64,000 bases of DNA from Candidatus Bathyarchaeia archaeon (GTDB lineage: Archaea > Thermoproteota > Bathyarchaeia > 40CM-2-53-6). Location: the NCBI GenBank assembly GCA_049513715.1, contig JBEKVV010000002.1:496935-560934 (forward strand). Reading direction: 5' to 3'. Positions 1 through 9,318 of this stretch are shown in pieces. The position numbers and the translations under genes were made by a program. The notes under the pieces were generated by a model. The model did not search any database. It was not told the DNA's origin and worked only from the letters and a program-made list of their open reading frames with translations. Each line of letters starts with the position of its first letter. The first letter of the stretch is position 1.

Positions 1-2
1 TC

Positions 3-476
3 CCAACCTTCCACCTTTGGTTCGACGCCATAACGCATAGCCCGGAGAACGCGTTCGGCATTGAAATCAACGACGGAACAAACCTCCTCTGGTTCGTCTT
101 CAGTGACAGCCAAAGCCAAACATTCCAGCTACCCCATCACAGGATCGTCCTAACCGAAACTCCGCTGAACGAGTGGTCGACTAGGAATGTTGGCATTGCA
201 GCCCAATGGCAAGCTGCGGGCTGGAAGAAACCCGATTCCCTGTCATTCATCCTCATACTAGGCACAACGTTACTTCATCCTGGGACATGGGTCGGTTACT
301 TCGCAAACCTTAGCGTCAACGTCGCCCCGTTTCAGGCCGAAAGTCTATCTTCAGGAGCACGGTTAGGTATCCTAATTGTGGATGCGTTAGTGATCTTGGG
401 GTTGACAGCAATCATTTTGCTCCTAGAGAAACGCCAGGGCAATCGAAGCGGCGGCCGCCGGAGATCCAAGGCCTGA
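3..476 (+). CDS. C-terminal part of a membrane-anchored protein (5' end outside window)
   Basis: Frame 3 is open from the window edge to TGA at 474-476 and is absent from the ORF track. It ends in a hydrophobic helix (LGILIVDALVILGLTAIILLL) and a basic tail (EKRQGNRSGGRRRSKA). Confidence 0.75.
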   Translation, partial: PTFHLWFDAITHSPENAFGIEINDGTNLLWFVFSDSQSQTFQLPHHRIVLTETPLNEWSTRNVGIAAQWQAAGWKKPDSLSFILILGTTLLHPGTWVGYFANLSVNVAPFQAESLSSGARLGILIVDALVILGLTAIILLLEKRQGNRSGGRRRSKA

Positions 477-477
477 G

Positions 478-1107
478 GTGGAACCGATATCAAGAAAGAC
501 AAGGTCCAACTTGGTCGGCCGTGCTCGGCCAAGTCTTAGCACGACTACTCTGGGTGGATTGAGGGCAAATATATTTTCCATTATTTCAATCGCTTTCGGC
601 ATTTCTGCGCTCACAATGATTCTCGCCTCAACCTTCGCCCCATCAGGGCAAATAAGTGGCAGCAACCTAGTCCTGATTGAAGTGGAAGTTCTGCCTGGGT
701 TCTACATGAAGCCCATCACGTTTTTCCAATTCTCAATGTTTCTATCATTCGCTTTTGGCCTGAACACTCCCATTACAAGGCAATACTTCCTTAAAGTCCG
801 CCCCTCGATTCTCCGAACCGTCTACATAGGCGCGTGGCTGGTCGCGATGGGCAGCGCATTTGAAATTCTCTATCAAGTCGTTATATGGTCAGCGTCGCTG
901 GCAGTGCAGGGCCTTACAAACCCAGATATCATAGTCAACATCTTTCCCATCTCAGTGAACCCCGCGCCTATCAACGTCGTCTTCGCCGCGAAGATTATCG
1001 TGGCAATATTCTTCATGTCACTATTCCTGATAGACTATCTTCACCGAATTGACCGAACAAAGCAAGAGAATCAATTTGCAGAACGGCTAATTAACGCCCG
1101 CCGCTAA
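478..1107 (+). CDS. Uncharacterised multi-pass membrane protein (~4 TM)
   Basis: 209 aa with several hydrophobic segments; starts 1 nt after the upstream stop and precedes the sortase gene. Confidence 0.75.
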   Translation: MEPISRKTRSNLVGRARPSLSTTTLGGLRANIFSIISIAFGISALTMILASTFAPSGQISGSNLVLIEVEVLPGFYMKPITFFQFSMFLSFAFGLNTPITRQYFLKVRPSILRTVYIGAWLVAMGSAFEILYQVVIWSASLAVQGLTNPDIIVNIFPISVNPAPINVVFAAKIIVAIFFMSLFLIDYLHRIDRTKQENQFAERLINARR

Positions 1108-1173
1108 ACCCGCACAAGAATCGACAACTGATAGCGGAGAGCTAGTCAAACATCTAAGAAGAGGAATTTCGTA

Positions 1174-2337
1174 ATGCACTTAAGACCACAGAAGAAAATC
1201 AAACGCTTCCTCAGCGGCGTATACGACGAATTTCACACACGAGACGCTATCCCCCTACTCATAATTGTCTTTCCAGTTATCTTCTTGATGATGATTGATT
1301 CCGCGTCGTTCTCTCTCGTCTGGTTCTGGGGGGGACAAATAGGCCGAGCCGGTTTCGCCTTCTTGTTCTTTCTCGTGGCGTGGGACTTTCACGACTCTCG
1401 AAAGAAACTCAAAGCGACGAGGGCGAAGTGGCGTTACGCGTTGGCGGGCGTCGCCCTTGCAGTTCTACTGGTCTACTATTGGGAGCGAGTGATGAGTGCG
1501 GACTGGACTACATATCTGAGAGTGTATGTAACAAGTCAACTTGGCGTATCCCAGAAATCCCCGCTTAGTTTCTTGCTCGCAATGGATTTCGTCGTTTTCG
1601 CAATCTATTGCGCCATCGCGACAGCCCTACTCTACTCGCCTAAGGCGGTTGGGCTGATAGTTACTCCAATAATCTACGCCTTGGGTAGCGGGATCTTGGA
1701 CATGATGGACGGTTACTTTCCGGAGGACTCGCTCGCCTTCCTCCAAATCTGGGTCTACGTGATTTGGAACGTGGTTGTATTTCTGCTCAGCCTACTCGGG
1801 TTCCACACGAACGTCAACCCGCTAACTGGAACCGTTCAACCACCAAGCATACAACTCATCGGCAATAGGCTGCTGCTTTGGGGGTCAAAGGGTTTCATCA
1901 CCCTAGCCATCTTTTGGCCTTCGTCCGGCGTAGTCAGCATGATCGTCTACAGCCTTGTTATTGTGGTTCTTATGGTAAAGCTCGACGCCCCCAGAAAGCG
2001 TAAAGCGATCTACGCGGCAATCGGGGCAGCCGGAACTTACCTCATCAACGTAATCCGCATCACACTAATCGTTCTATACGTGGCTTTCATCAGCCTCGAC
2101 GTGGAAGCGTTCCACCAATCGATCGGTGAAGTACTTTTCATCACCTGGATCTTCACTTACCTGCTATTCGTCATACGCAACGAAAACAAATACTATGTAA
2201 AAGTTGCAAGCTCCAAGCGGCCTGAGGCGAAAGCGGATCTGGCGGCCGCGAGGGTCAGCAAGAGTCGACGTCCTATCAAACGGAAACCAAAGAATCATGA
2301 GTGGCTAGAACGGGTCAAAGAGGCCCGGTTGAAGTAA
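1174..2337 (+). CDS. Exosortase/archaeosortase family protein, thaumarchaeosortase-like (Ser at the catalytic Cys position)
   Basis: Multi-TM protein with family motifs in correct order and spacing: AIFWPSSGVVS (normally C-S/A-G), INVIRI (conserved Arg), AFHQSIG (conserved His). Confidence 0.85.
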   Translation: MHLRPQKKIKRFLSGVYDEFHTRDAIPLLIIVFPVIFLMMIDSASFSLVWFWGGQIGRAGFAFLFFLVAWDFHDSRKKLKATRAKWRYALAGVALAVLLVYYWERVMSADWTTYLRVYVTSQLGVSQKSPLSFLLAMDFVVFAIYCAIATALLYSPKAVGLIVTPIIYALGSGILDMMDGYFPEDSLAFLQIWVYVIWNVVVFLLSLLGFHTNVNPLTGTVQPPSIQLIGNRLLLWGSKGFITLAIFWPSSGVVSMIVYSLVIVVLMVKLDAPRKRKAIYAAIGAAGTYLINVIRITLIVLYVAFISLDVEAFHQSIGEVLFITWIFTYLLFVIRNENKYYVKVASSKRPEAKADLAAARVSKSRRPIKRKPKNHEWLERVKEARLK

Positions 2338-2423
2338 GAGTGCCCGTCGATTCGCACACCTCGTTCTCGGAGGCGGGTTCTTAAAGAGACTGATGGTCTA
2401 CGGAATGATGTGGTTGGTAGGTA

Positions 2424-3149
2424 ATGGAACGAGGTAATCGGTTGGAACTTTCAATTCTCATTCCGGCGCATAATGAAGAAAAACGAATGGAGACCTGCCT
2501 AATCCGCCTCACCGACTTTCTCAAACAGACCCACCCCTATTCCGAGATAGTGATCAGCGAGGACGGGAGCAAGGACAGAACAGTCAAAATCGTGAACGAA
2601 TTCAAACAGAAGAATTCCGAGATTCAAATCATCCTACTCCATGCCACAGAGAGGTTAGGGAAAGGAGGTGGCTTGAAACGAGGAATCGAAGTGTGCAACG
2701 GACAGTTCACCGTCTTCACAGACACGGACCTGCCGGTTCCATTGGAAACGATTACCCGGGCGGTAGAACTTCTCAAGGGGGGCGCGGATGTCGTAGCAGG
2801 AAGTCGTGTAATGAAAGGTAGTAAAAGGGATGAGCCATTGAAGCGGAGGATACTGAGCCGAGGGTTCCATTATCTAGCTCTTATTTCCTTGGGTATGGGC
2901 TGGGATTCACAATGTGGGTTCAAAGCGGTGAGGACGAGTGTTGGGCGCGATCTCTTTTCTCAAATGGCCAACCCCGGGTTTGCTTATGATGTCGACTTCT
3001 TGATTCAGGCGAAACGCAAAGGGGTAAACGTCGTTGAGATGCCGGTTGAGTGGCATTACAATACAGATTCGTCCATGAGGCTCTCTAAGGATATTTTTGG
3101 GATGTTCAGGGAACTTGTCCATATTTTCTTCCAAGCCCGTTTCCCATAG
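2424..3149 (+). CDS. GT2 dolichol/polyprenol-phosphate glycosyltransferase (Alg5/Dpm1-like)
   Basis: LSILIPAHNEE, EDGSKD, GKGGG, DTD, GSR, DSQCGFK and FAYDVD motifs. Confidence 0.9.
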   Translation: MERGNRLELSILIPAHNEEKRMETCLIRLTDFLKQTHPYSEIVISEDGSKDRTVKIVNEFKQKNSEIQIILLHATERLGKGGGLKRGIEVCNGQFTVFTDTDLPVPLETITRAVELLKGGADVVAGSRVMKGSKRDEPLKRRILSRGFHYLALISLGMGWDSQCGFKAVRTSVGRDLFSQMANPGFAYDVDFLIQAKRKGVNVVEMPVEWHYNTDSSMRLSKDIFGMFRELVHIFFQARFP

Positions 3150-3248
3150 GAAGATGATGACTCCAACCTTACGATACCTCGTCAGCCAGCAAACTGTAGA
3201 AAGATTCTAAAGACCACGTACACTGCACAGCTGAAACAGGTACCTATA

Positions 3249-4583
3249 ATGGTTCTGCAGAGCGGACGCGGGTTCTGGGACATCACACTGCACGACCAAG
3301 AATTCAAACTTATTCTCATTGTTGCATCAACCCTCTGGGTATATACGACAATAATCCATCTTCCATTCGTCGTTCCTAGCAACTACACTGACATTGGGTA
3401 CTTGTGGATTCGCGACGTATACTCAGGACACAACAACATGGCCATTCCCTACGTGGACTACAAGCTTGAGTATCCACAGATGATCGGGCTGATAATCTGG
3501 ATCGGCCAAGCAATCGGAACATACGCCCCGTTCGTGTTGGACGCTTACAACACGTACATGGTTGTCGAATCTGTTCTGCAATACCCATTCATGATTGGGA
3601 CCATCTACAACATCTATGTACTTTGCAGCAAACTTGGAATCAACAAGAACAGAATCTACCTCTATTTGCTCACATCAATGACCTTCATGATTTACGGCTT
3701 CTACAATTGGGATTTCATAGTCGCATACTTCGCGAGCCTCTCAATCATGTACTATTTGGAGAAACGATACGACGCGAGCTCCCTAGCCCTCATAGCCGGA
3801 ATCTTGAGCAAATTCATACCTATCTGCATGGCTCCAGCAATGGTCTGGTGTCTGCCAAACAACAGGGCACGGGTAAGGTTCATCGCCATCGCCGGTTCAG
3901 TTTGGGGTGCTGTAAATGCGCCTTTCGTTCTAGCCAATATCCAGTTGAACCGGCCATTTTGGCTGCAACTTTACACGCACACCCAAAACCACCAACTGCA
4001 AAACACTTGGATATCGATGGTGATTCAAACCGCGGGCTTAGGAGACATCATTTCAGGACGAGGGTACGGGCATTACCTCAGCTTAGGCATCATAGGATAC
4101 TTGATTCTTCGCGCGCTGATCTCGAAGCGAACTCCACTTGAAAAGATTCTCCTATCATGGTACGCTTGGTTCGGAGCGATCTACCTGTTCGACCCGCAAA
4201 TGTGGATCCAACTGTTTCCAATAATCATTCTGACCCCAAGCTTTGATTTCGTACTATACAGAATCGCCGACATGCTCAATGCCTTCATAATACTGTTTTA
4301 CTTCATCGGAGGCAGTCGTCCAGAACTGCCGAAGTATCTTACTGACCAACTTACTCCCTTCGGGCTTGTTAACATATCAGCCGCATTACGCCAACTCATA
4401 GTCCTCGGAGCCTACTTCATCAGCTTCAACCCAGCGAGACAAGACCGACTCAAACGATGGAGGCGGTCAGTCTACACTTGGTTTGCTCGTCTATTGGGCG
4501 ATGTTCCTAACCGCCTCGCGCAGATGCCTAGAGACTTGCTAGGCCCAGTTAGGCCTAAGGATGCGAGGCCTTCGAAATCGTGA
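3249..4583 (+). CDS. GT-C fold membrane glycosyltransferase (GT87/DUF2029-like)
   Basis: About 10 TM; first-loop motif YTDI...IPY..Y.LEYP; NWD and SKFIP motifs typical of lipid-phosphate-sugar-dependent transferases. Confidence 0.75.
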   Translation: MVLQSGRGFWDITLHDQEFKLILIVASTLWVYTTIIHLPFVVPSNYTDIGYLWIRDVYSGHNNMAIPYVDYKLEYPQMIGLIIWIGQAIGTYAPFVLDAYNTYMVVESVLQYPFMIGTIYNIYVLCSKLGINKNRIYLYLLTSMTFMIYGFYNWDFIVAYFASLSIMYYLEKRYDASSLALIAGILSKFIPICMAPAMVWCLPNNRARVRFIAIAGSVWGAVNAPFVLANIQLNRPFWLQLYTHTQNHQLQNTWISMVIQTAGLGDIISGRGYGHYLSLGIIGYLILRALISKRTPLEKILLSWYAWFGAIYLFDPQMWIQLFPIIILTPSFDFVLYRIADMLNAFIILFYFIGGSRPELPKYLTDQLTPFGLVNISAALRQLIVLGAYFISFNPARQDRLKRWRRSVYTWFARLLGDVPNRLAQMPRDLLGPVRPKDARPSKS

Positions 4584-4671
4584 AACTAATAATCCCTGCC
4601 TTCTTTTTCGAAGGAACAGCCTTCAAGCCCTTAAGTTAGTAGACTGAACAGTTTAGGCGGTAATGTAGCTA

Positions 4672-6318
4672 ATGCCAAGCGGAGCGGAGCTCAATGGTCT
4701 CGTAAGTGGCGGACTCGACGAGTTGGCTCCATTTCCGCACAGGGTTGCCGTTTGCGCGTATGGCCCTTCTTTTTACGCCAAGCCAGGAGCGTACATTGGT
4801 CAGGACCTTTTGGTAATTCGCGACAAGTACGCAGACGGTTTGCGAACTTATCTGAGAACCACCGAAAAACAGCAGACGAGGTTCCTACTCGTTGACCGCA
4901 GTCTGATCGAATCGGACATTGAGAGAGGAACTCTGGGCGATTTCCTTACTGAGAAACTTATCTACCCATACCGCGCTCTGGCAAACCAGGACTACCTAGA
5001 TGACCTGAGCCTTCAAGCGGCCAGGCGGACAGTCAAAGAGGAAGCACGTGACCTCGTGCTGAACTACGGCGAGATGTGCAGAGGGATTGTGGCTGCACCT
5101 GAGTTCTTCGGGTTATCGAAGCTCAGGCGGCGAGCCAGGGTCTTCGTCCCCAGCTTGGAAGACTATCTGAGGCTACTTGACCCTGCAGTTCGACAACAGA
5201 ACCTGTCAACTCTTCGCGAAGCATTCAGCAAAGCTGTCTCGGGTATGGGCGGCGACGGAGTGGAATTTGATGGCGAGAATGTGGCATTTCAGGATCAGTC
5301 AGTGGATAAATGGCTTAAGGTCAGGTCATCCGAGCAAGCTGTCAATATCTTAAGGCATAGTCAGCGGGCACTCTATTCTTACCTCGCAAGGGGCCGCACG
5401 GTCTTTCTGAGCCCTGAGCTCCTTGCCCGGGAACTCAGTAGCCCCCTGAGGTTGAGCTTGGACCCGGACTTGGTGGGAAGGCAACCTGAGAACCCTAATA
5501 ATTCTCTATACCTTCGTACAGAGGAAGGATTGGTTTCCTTCAACGAGCGGTCCAGTCTCGAAGAGATGCTTTCGAAACTCAGGCCGGGACGGCCCATGAC
5601 CGTGTCGCCATTGGCAGGGGTTCTGAACGAAGTATACCTAGTCACACTAGGAAGGGAGCGGTTTGTCGCAAAGAGGTTCACCGATTGGCACGGGTTCAAG
5701 TGGTTCACATTAAACCTCGTTTCCCTTGGGAGTAAACTCTTCTCAGTGTCTGGCAAGGCAAGATTGACAAATGAGTACGGAATCAACCGGTACTTGGCCA
5801 AGAAAGGCCTGAAAGTTCCCCAGGTTATCAATGTCAATGTGAAGCAGCGAATCTTGGTTGAAACCTACATTTCGGGAGTACCGATGAACGAATTTGTATC
5901 TCAGGCTATCGGCGGGGGCGCGTTAGGTACGTCTCAATACAGACTCGCCGAAGCCTTCGGCGAGTCGCTCGCGCGAATACACGAGGCGGGTGTTGCAGTC
6001 GGCGACGCGAAACCAGAAAACTTCGTTGCCAAGGGTGATGAGATCTACACAGTAGACTTGGAGCAGGCGGGGAAACACGGTGATCAGGCTTGGGACATCG
6101 CAGAGCTATTGTTCTACACGGGCCATTACAGCAACACCGCAACGCCAACACGCGGCTTCACCGAGGTTGTTGAGGCTTTCATACTGGGATATCTTAAGGC
6201 AGGTAACGCGAGGGAGCTCAAGCGAGCTACAGGTGCAAGATACGTCCGCGTCTTCTCATTATGGACCCCAGCACCAATAATCGTTGAAATATCCAGGCTA
6301 CTTCGGGAAGCAAAATAG
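4672..6318 (+). CDS. Fusion of a degenerate nucleotidyltransferase-like N-domain and a Kdo/RIO/Bud32-like kinase
   Basis: C-terminal kinase motifs VAKRF, HEAGVAVGDAKPEN, VDLEQA; N-terminal AYGPS...GQDLLVI resembles an eroded GS...DxD NTase motif. Confidence 0.75.
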   Translation: MPSGAELNGLVSGGLDELAPFPHRVAVCAYGPSFYAKPGAYIGQDLLVIRDKYADGLRTYLRTTEKQQTRFLLVDRSLIESDIERGTLGDFLTEKLIYPYRALANQDYLDDLSLQAARRTVKEEARDLVLNYGEMCRGIVAAPEFFGLSKLRRRARVFVPSLEDYLRLLDPAVRQQNLSTLREAFSKAVSGMGGDGVEFDGENVAFQDQSVDKWLKVRSSEQAVNILRHSQRALYSYLARGRTVFLSPELLARELSSPLRLSLDPDLVGRQPENPNNSLYLRTEEGLVSFNERSSLEEMLSKLRPGRPMTVSPLAGVLNEVYLVTLGRERFVAKRFTDWHGFKWFTLNLVSLGSKLFSVSGKARLTNEYGINRYLAKKGLKVPQVINVNVKQRILVETYISGVPMNEFVSQAIGGGALGTSQYRLAEAFGESLARIHEAGVAVGDAKPENFVAKGDEIYTVDLEQAGKHGDQAWDIAELLFYTGHYSNTATPTRGFTEVVEAFILGYLKAGNARELKRATGARYVRVFSLWTPAPIIVEISRLLREAK

Positions 6319-6332
6319 TCTCGGGATTCTCC

Positions 6333-6977
6333 TTGAACCGCAGAATTCGACTCGTAGTGTTCGATTTAGATGGCACATTGACCCCTGTCGACAGCCTCTG
6401 GAGCTACCTTCACGAGGCATTCGGAACTTGGGACTACGGAAAACTGGCTGCCCAGAAGTACAGGCGGGGCGAAATATCCTATAAAGAATGGGCCGAAACC
6501 GATTCTCAATACTGGGCGGGGGCACCTCTTACACAAGTAATGCAAGTGCTCGAGAAAATCCCCTATCGCAAAGGCGCCGAACAAGTCTTCCAAGACCTCA
6601 AACGGGGTAACGTCAAGACCGCCATCGTAAGCGCGGGACTGTCGCTTCTAACTGACAAAGCAGGGCGAGATCTCGGGGCAGACCTCACCCTCTCCAATGA
6701 GCTACAAACCAATGACGGAAGGTTGACCGGAGGAATAGTTGTCAAGGTGGGCGTTAACGAGAAGAGAGAAATAATCGAACGAATCGCGATCCAATTGAAA
6801 GTCCCGCTAGCAGAAGTCGCGCTTGTCGGAGATCGAGCAAATGATCTCATGAACCCTGAATGCTTGAAGATCGCTTTCAAACCGAAGGATGAAAACGCTC
6901 GACAGGTTGCGGACATAATCATCGAAGATGATGACTTGAGCAAAATCCTCCCATATCTCGTCCAGCCAACTCAGTGA
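6333..6977 (+). CDS. HAD-superfamily phosphatase (phosphoserine phosphatase-like)
   Basis: FDLDGTL, IVSAG, Lys and VGDRAND motifs I-IV. Confidence 0.9.
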   Translation: MNRRIRLVVFDLDGTLTPVDSLWSYLHEAFGTWDYGKLAAQKYRRGEISYKEWAETDSQYWAGAPLTQVMQVLEKIPYRKGAEQVFQDLKRGNVKTAIVSAGLSLLTDKAGRDLGADLTLSNELQTNDGRLTGGIVVKVGVNEKREIIERIAIQLKVPLAEVALVGDRANDLMNPECLKIAFKPKDENARQVADIIIEDDDLSKILPYLVQPTQ

Positions 6978-7049
6978 CGGCTCGCCAGATTCCAGCCGTG
7001 GAATCCAATAGGAATGGTTAAGACCAATGAAATCGTGCCCCAATCAGCC

Positions 7050-7163
7050 ATGACACTATTATCTCAATTGAAAGGGCATCCAAATCGGATTGGAATGACG
7101 ATTGGGTTCGTCATATTACTCTTCATCATAGTCTACGTAGTTCTGCATCAACGAGCACCTTAG
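7050..7163 (+). CDS. Putative 37-aa single-TM microprotein
   Basis: MTLLSQLKGHPNRIGMTIGFVILLFIIVYVVLHQRAP; TTAAG about 30 nt upstream; below the ORF-track cutoff. Confidence 0.45.
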   Translation: MTLLSQLKGHPNRIGMTIGFVILLFIIVYVVLHQRAP

Positions 7164-7220
7164 TCACTTCGAACCAATTCATGCTCCCTCCAGTGGGAGA
7201 GTAGGCAGCCGATTGGCAGT

Positions 7221-7478
7221 TCAGAACAGAGTGCGTCCCCTCGACTTGTTCGTTACCTCGACTACGTTCCCGTCTCTGTCCAACTTGACTATGAATTGAC
7301 GGATGGATTCCTTCTCGATGGCGTAGTGGCCATAAACCCGATAGAAGCCGTCGTCAAACTGCATCCCGTCAACCTCCAACGGGCCCTTCACGGTGAACCG
7401 TTTGCGGACATGTTCAACCGCAATCGCTTTCACCTTGTCAGCGGTGCTTAAACCATGCCCCATTCCCCTCAGTGTCAT
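7221..7478 (-). CDS. Small hypothetical protein (helix plus beta-meander, PepSY-like layout)
   Basis: 85 aa; GGGGAG upstream; ends with FIVKLDRDGNVVEV. Confidence 0.55.
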   Translation of the reverse strand: MTLRGMGHGLSTADKVKAIAVEHVRKRFTVKGPLEVDGMQFDDGFYRVYGHYAIEKESIRQFIVKLDRDGNVVEVTNKSRGRTLF

Positions 7479-7645
7479 CTGACTCCCCTTGAAGTCTCAT
7501 GTCTTACTGTCGTGGAAAGCATCCTATGCTTTGCACAATTGAACCCATCTGCAGTCGTTAACTCCTTTGGTTAGTTCTAGGGATGGCAATATGCGACAGA
7601 GATTAAGTAGGCAGCCCGATTCGGTGACTTCACCGTGCCCCAAAA

Positions 7646-9025
7646 ATGGCAAACTCACGTGAACCGTTGTCACTCCCAGCCGCACACCGAATTAGAGATC
7701 GGGTTCTTTCTGTTGTGATCAAAGCGCTGTTGGCGGCGATTGATTCGGGAAGGGAAACGCCTGGGTTCATGTCGAATCCTCTGCTCCTCAAGATTCTGAA
7801 TGCGTTTGCTCGCTTGTGTGGCTTCGAGGCCGAGAGGGCTCTTCAGGAAGAGGCAGGGCAAAGGGGGGCTTGGAACTTACTCAGAAGTATTTCCGAGTAC
7901 GGTATCATTACCCCTCAAAGACTCAAGGCACCGGTCAGCGTTGTCTGGAGTCTGTCCTACCGATGCAACCTTCGATGCATGCACTGTTACCAAAACGCCA
8001 GCCAGCCTTCATCGGACGAGTTAACAATTAACGAGCAACTTGGAATCGTGGATCAGATGGCGGGGGCCGGAGTTTCACTTGTTGTACTCTCTGGTGGAGA
8101 GCCGCTGGCCAATCCTAATCTTGGAAAGCTTATTGAACGAATTCGGAAGCATAAGATGGCGGTTTCAATTGACTCCAACGGCGTTCTCCTGAACAGGGAG
8201 AATGTGCAGTACCTGAAACAACTCGGCGTCGGTTCAGTAGAGCTAAGCCTCGACTCAGTGAATCCTGAGGCTCACGACCGCTTTCGCGGACTTGATGGCG
8301 CCTTCAAGAAGACTTTGAACGCCGTGGAGCTGTGTTCAGAAGCTGGCATTTTCACCACCGTGGCCATAACTGCCACAATGCTGAATCATGCAGAGGATGC
8401 CGAATTGATTTCCCTCGCGAGGAATCATGGTGCAGAGAGAGTCGTATTCTTTGACTTGATTCCTGCTGGGCGAGGAAGAGAAATTCAGGACCTCCAACTT
8501 CTGCGTCAAGAGCGGCTCGAATTGATGGCTCTCGTTAGAAAAGAGTGTTCTACGGAACGCGGTGAGGTTTTCACAGAGCTCCCTCAGTTCGTCGTCTATT
8601 CATCGATTGGAGATGGGGAATCAATCTCGGATGATTCAACGAAGGCCCTTTCTGTGGAGAGGTTCACTATGAGCTCATTTTTCGATTGTTCTGGAAAGAA
8701 CAATTTCTACAGAAAGTTCGCAGCGTATCTTGGTGGGTGTCCTGCGGGAAGATTGTACTGTAACATCCAGCCTAATGGGGACGTAACTCCTTGCATGTTC
8801 ATGCCGAGCTATCCGGTCGCGGGAAACTTGAGAACACAATCCTTTGAGGAGATATGGAACAGCCCTGTTTTTGAAGCGCTGAGGGAGAGAGACTCGCTGA
8901 CGGGAAAGTGTCGCCAATGCAGATTTGTTGCGGTCTGTGGAGGGTGCCGCGCAAAGGCCGCGGCCTACGAAGGTGACTACCTAGCCTCAGATCCAACGTG
9001 CCCAATTCACGCCGCGAAAGCCTAG
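7646..9025 (+). CDS. Radical SAM protein with SPASM domain
   Basis: CNLRCMHC, SGGEP; SPASM cysteines CPAG...GDVTPC...CRQC...CGGCRA...C. Confidence 0.92.
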   Translation: MANSREPLSLPAAHRIRDRVLSVVIKALLAAIDSGRETPGFMSNPLLLKILNAFARLCGFEAERALQEEAGQRGAWNLLRSISEYGIITPQRLKAPVSVVWSLSYRCNLRCMHCYQNASQPSSDELTINEQLGIVDQMAGAGVSLVVLSGGEPLANPNLGKLIERIRKHKMAVSIDSNGVLLNRENVQYLKQLGVGSVELSLDSVNPEAHDRFRGLDGAFKKTLNAVELCSEAGIFTTVAITATMLNHAEDAELISLARNHGAERVVFFDLIPAGRGREIQDLQLLRQERLELMALVRKECSTERGEVFTELPQFVVYSSIGDGESISDDSTKALSVERFTMSSFFDCSGKNNFYRKFAAYLGGCPAGRLYCNIQPNGDVTPCMFMPSYPVAGNLRTQSFEEIWNSPVFEALRERDSLTGKCRQCRFVAVCGGCRAKAAAYEGDYLASDPTCPIHAAKA

Positions 9026-9318
9026 AAGCACCCGCGGCCAATGTGAATACGCCGTCTGATCTCAAAGATTTGTCTAGCCGACACAAGCATTCAGCTAACC
9101 CAGAAAAGATGTGCAGAGAAACACGGCGTCAATTGTGGAAGTAGTGTTGTGGCGATTACCTCGACTCAATCCATAGAGAAAATAGGCAGAATCCTGACAT
9201 ACCTCGGTCGGCAGTAACACCTGCACGGCAAAGATGGAAGATTGTGGCAATGTGTCCAGAGGATTCTTTGATTAAGTGCCGCGGGGCAAACTGTTCAATC
9301 GTACTGTATCGGGACGGC

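Noticed and set aside
3154..3234. ATGATGA...CTGA resembling a C/D-box sRNA
   Set aside because: Spacing is long for an archaeal sRNA, there are no convincing internal D'/C' boxes, and I could not identify a guide target.
7050..9025. Radical SAM/SPASM plus small ORFs as a RiPP cluster
   Set aside because: The nearby small ORFs lack precursor features, and there is no RRE/PqqD, peptidase or exporter; the enzyme resembles a common stand-alone archaeal type.
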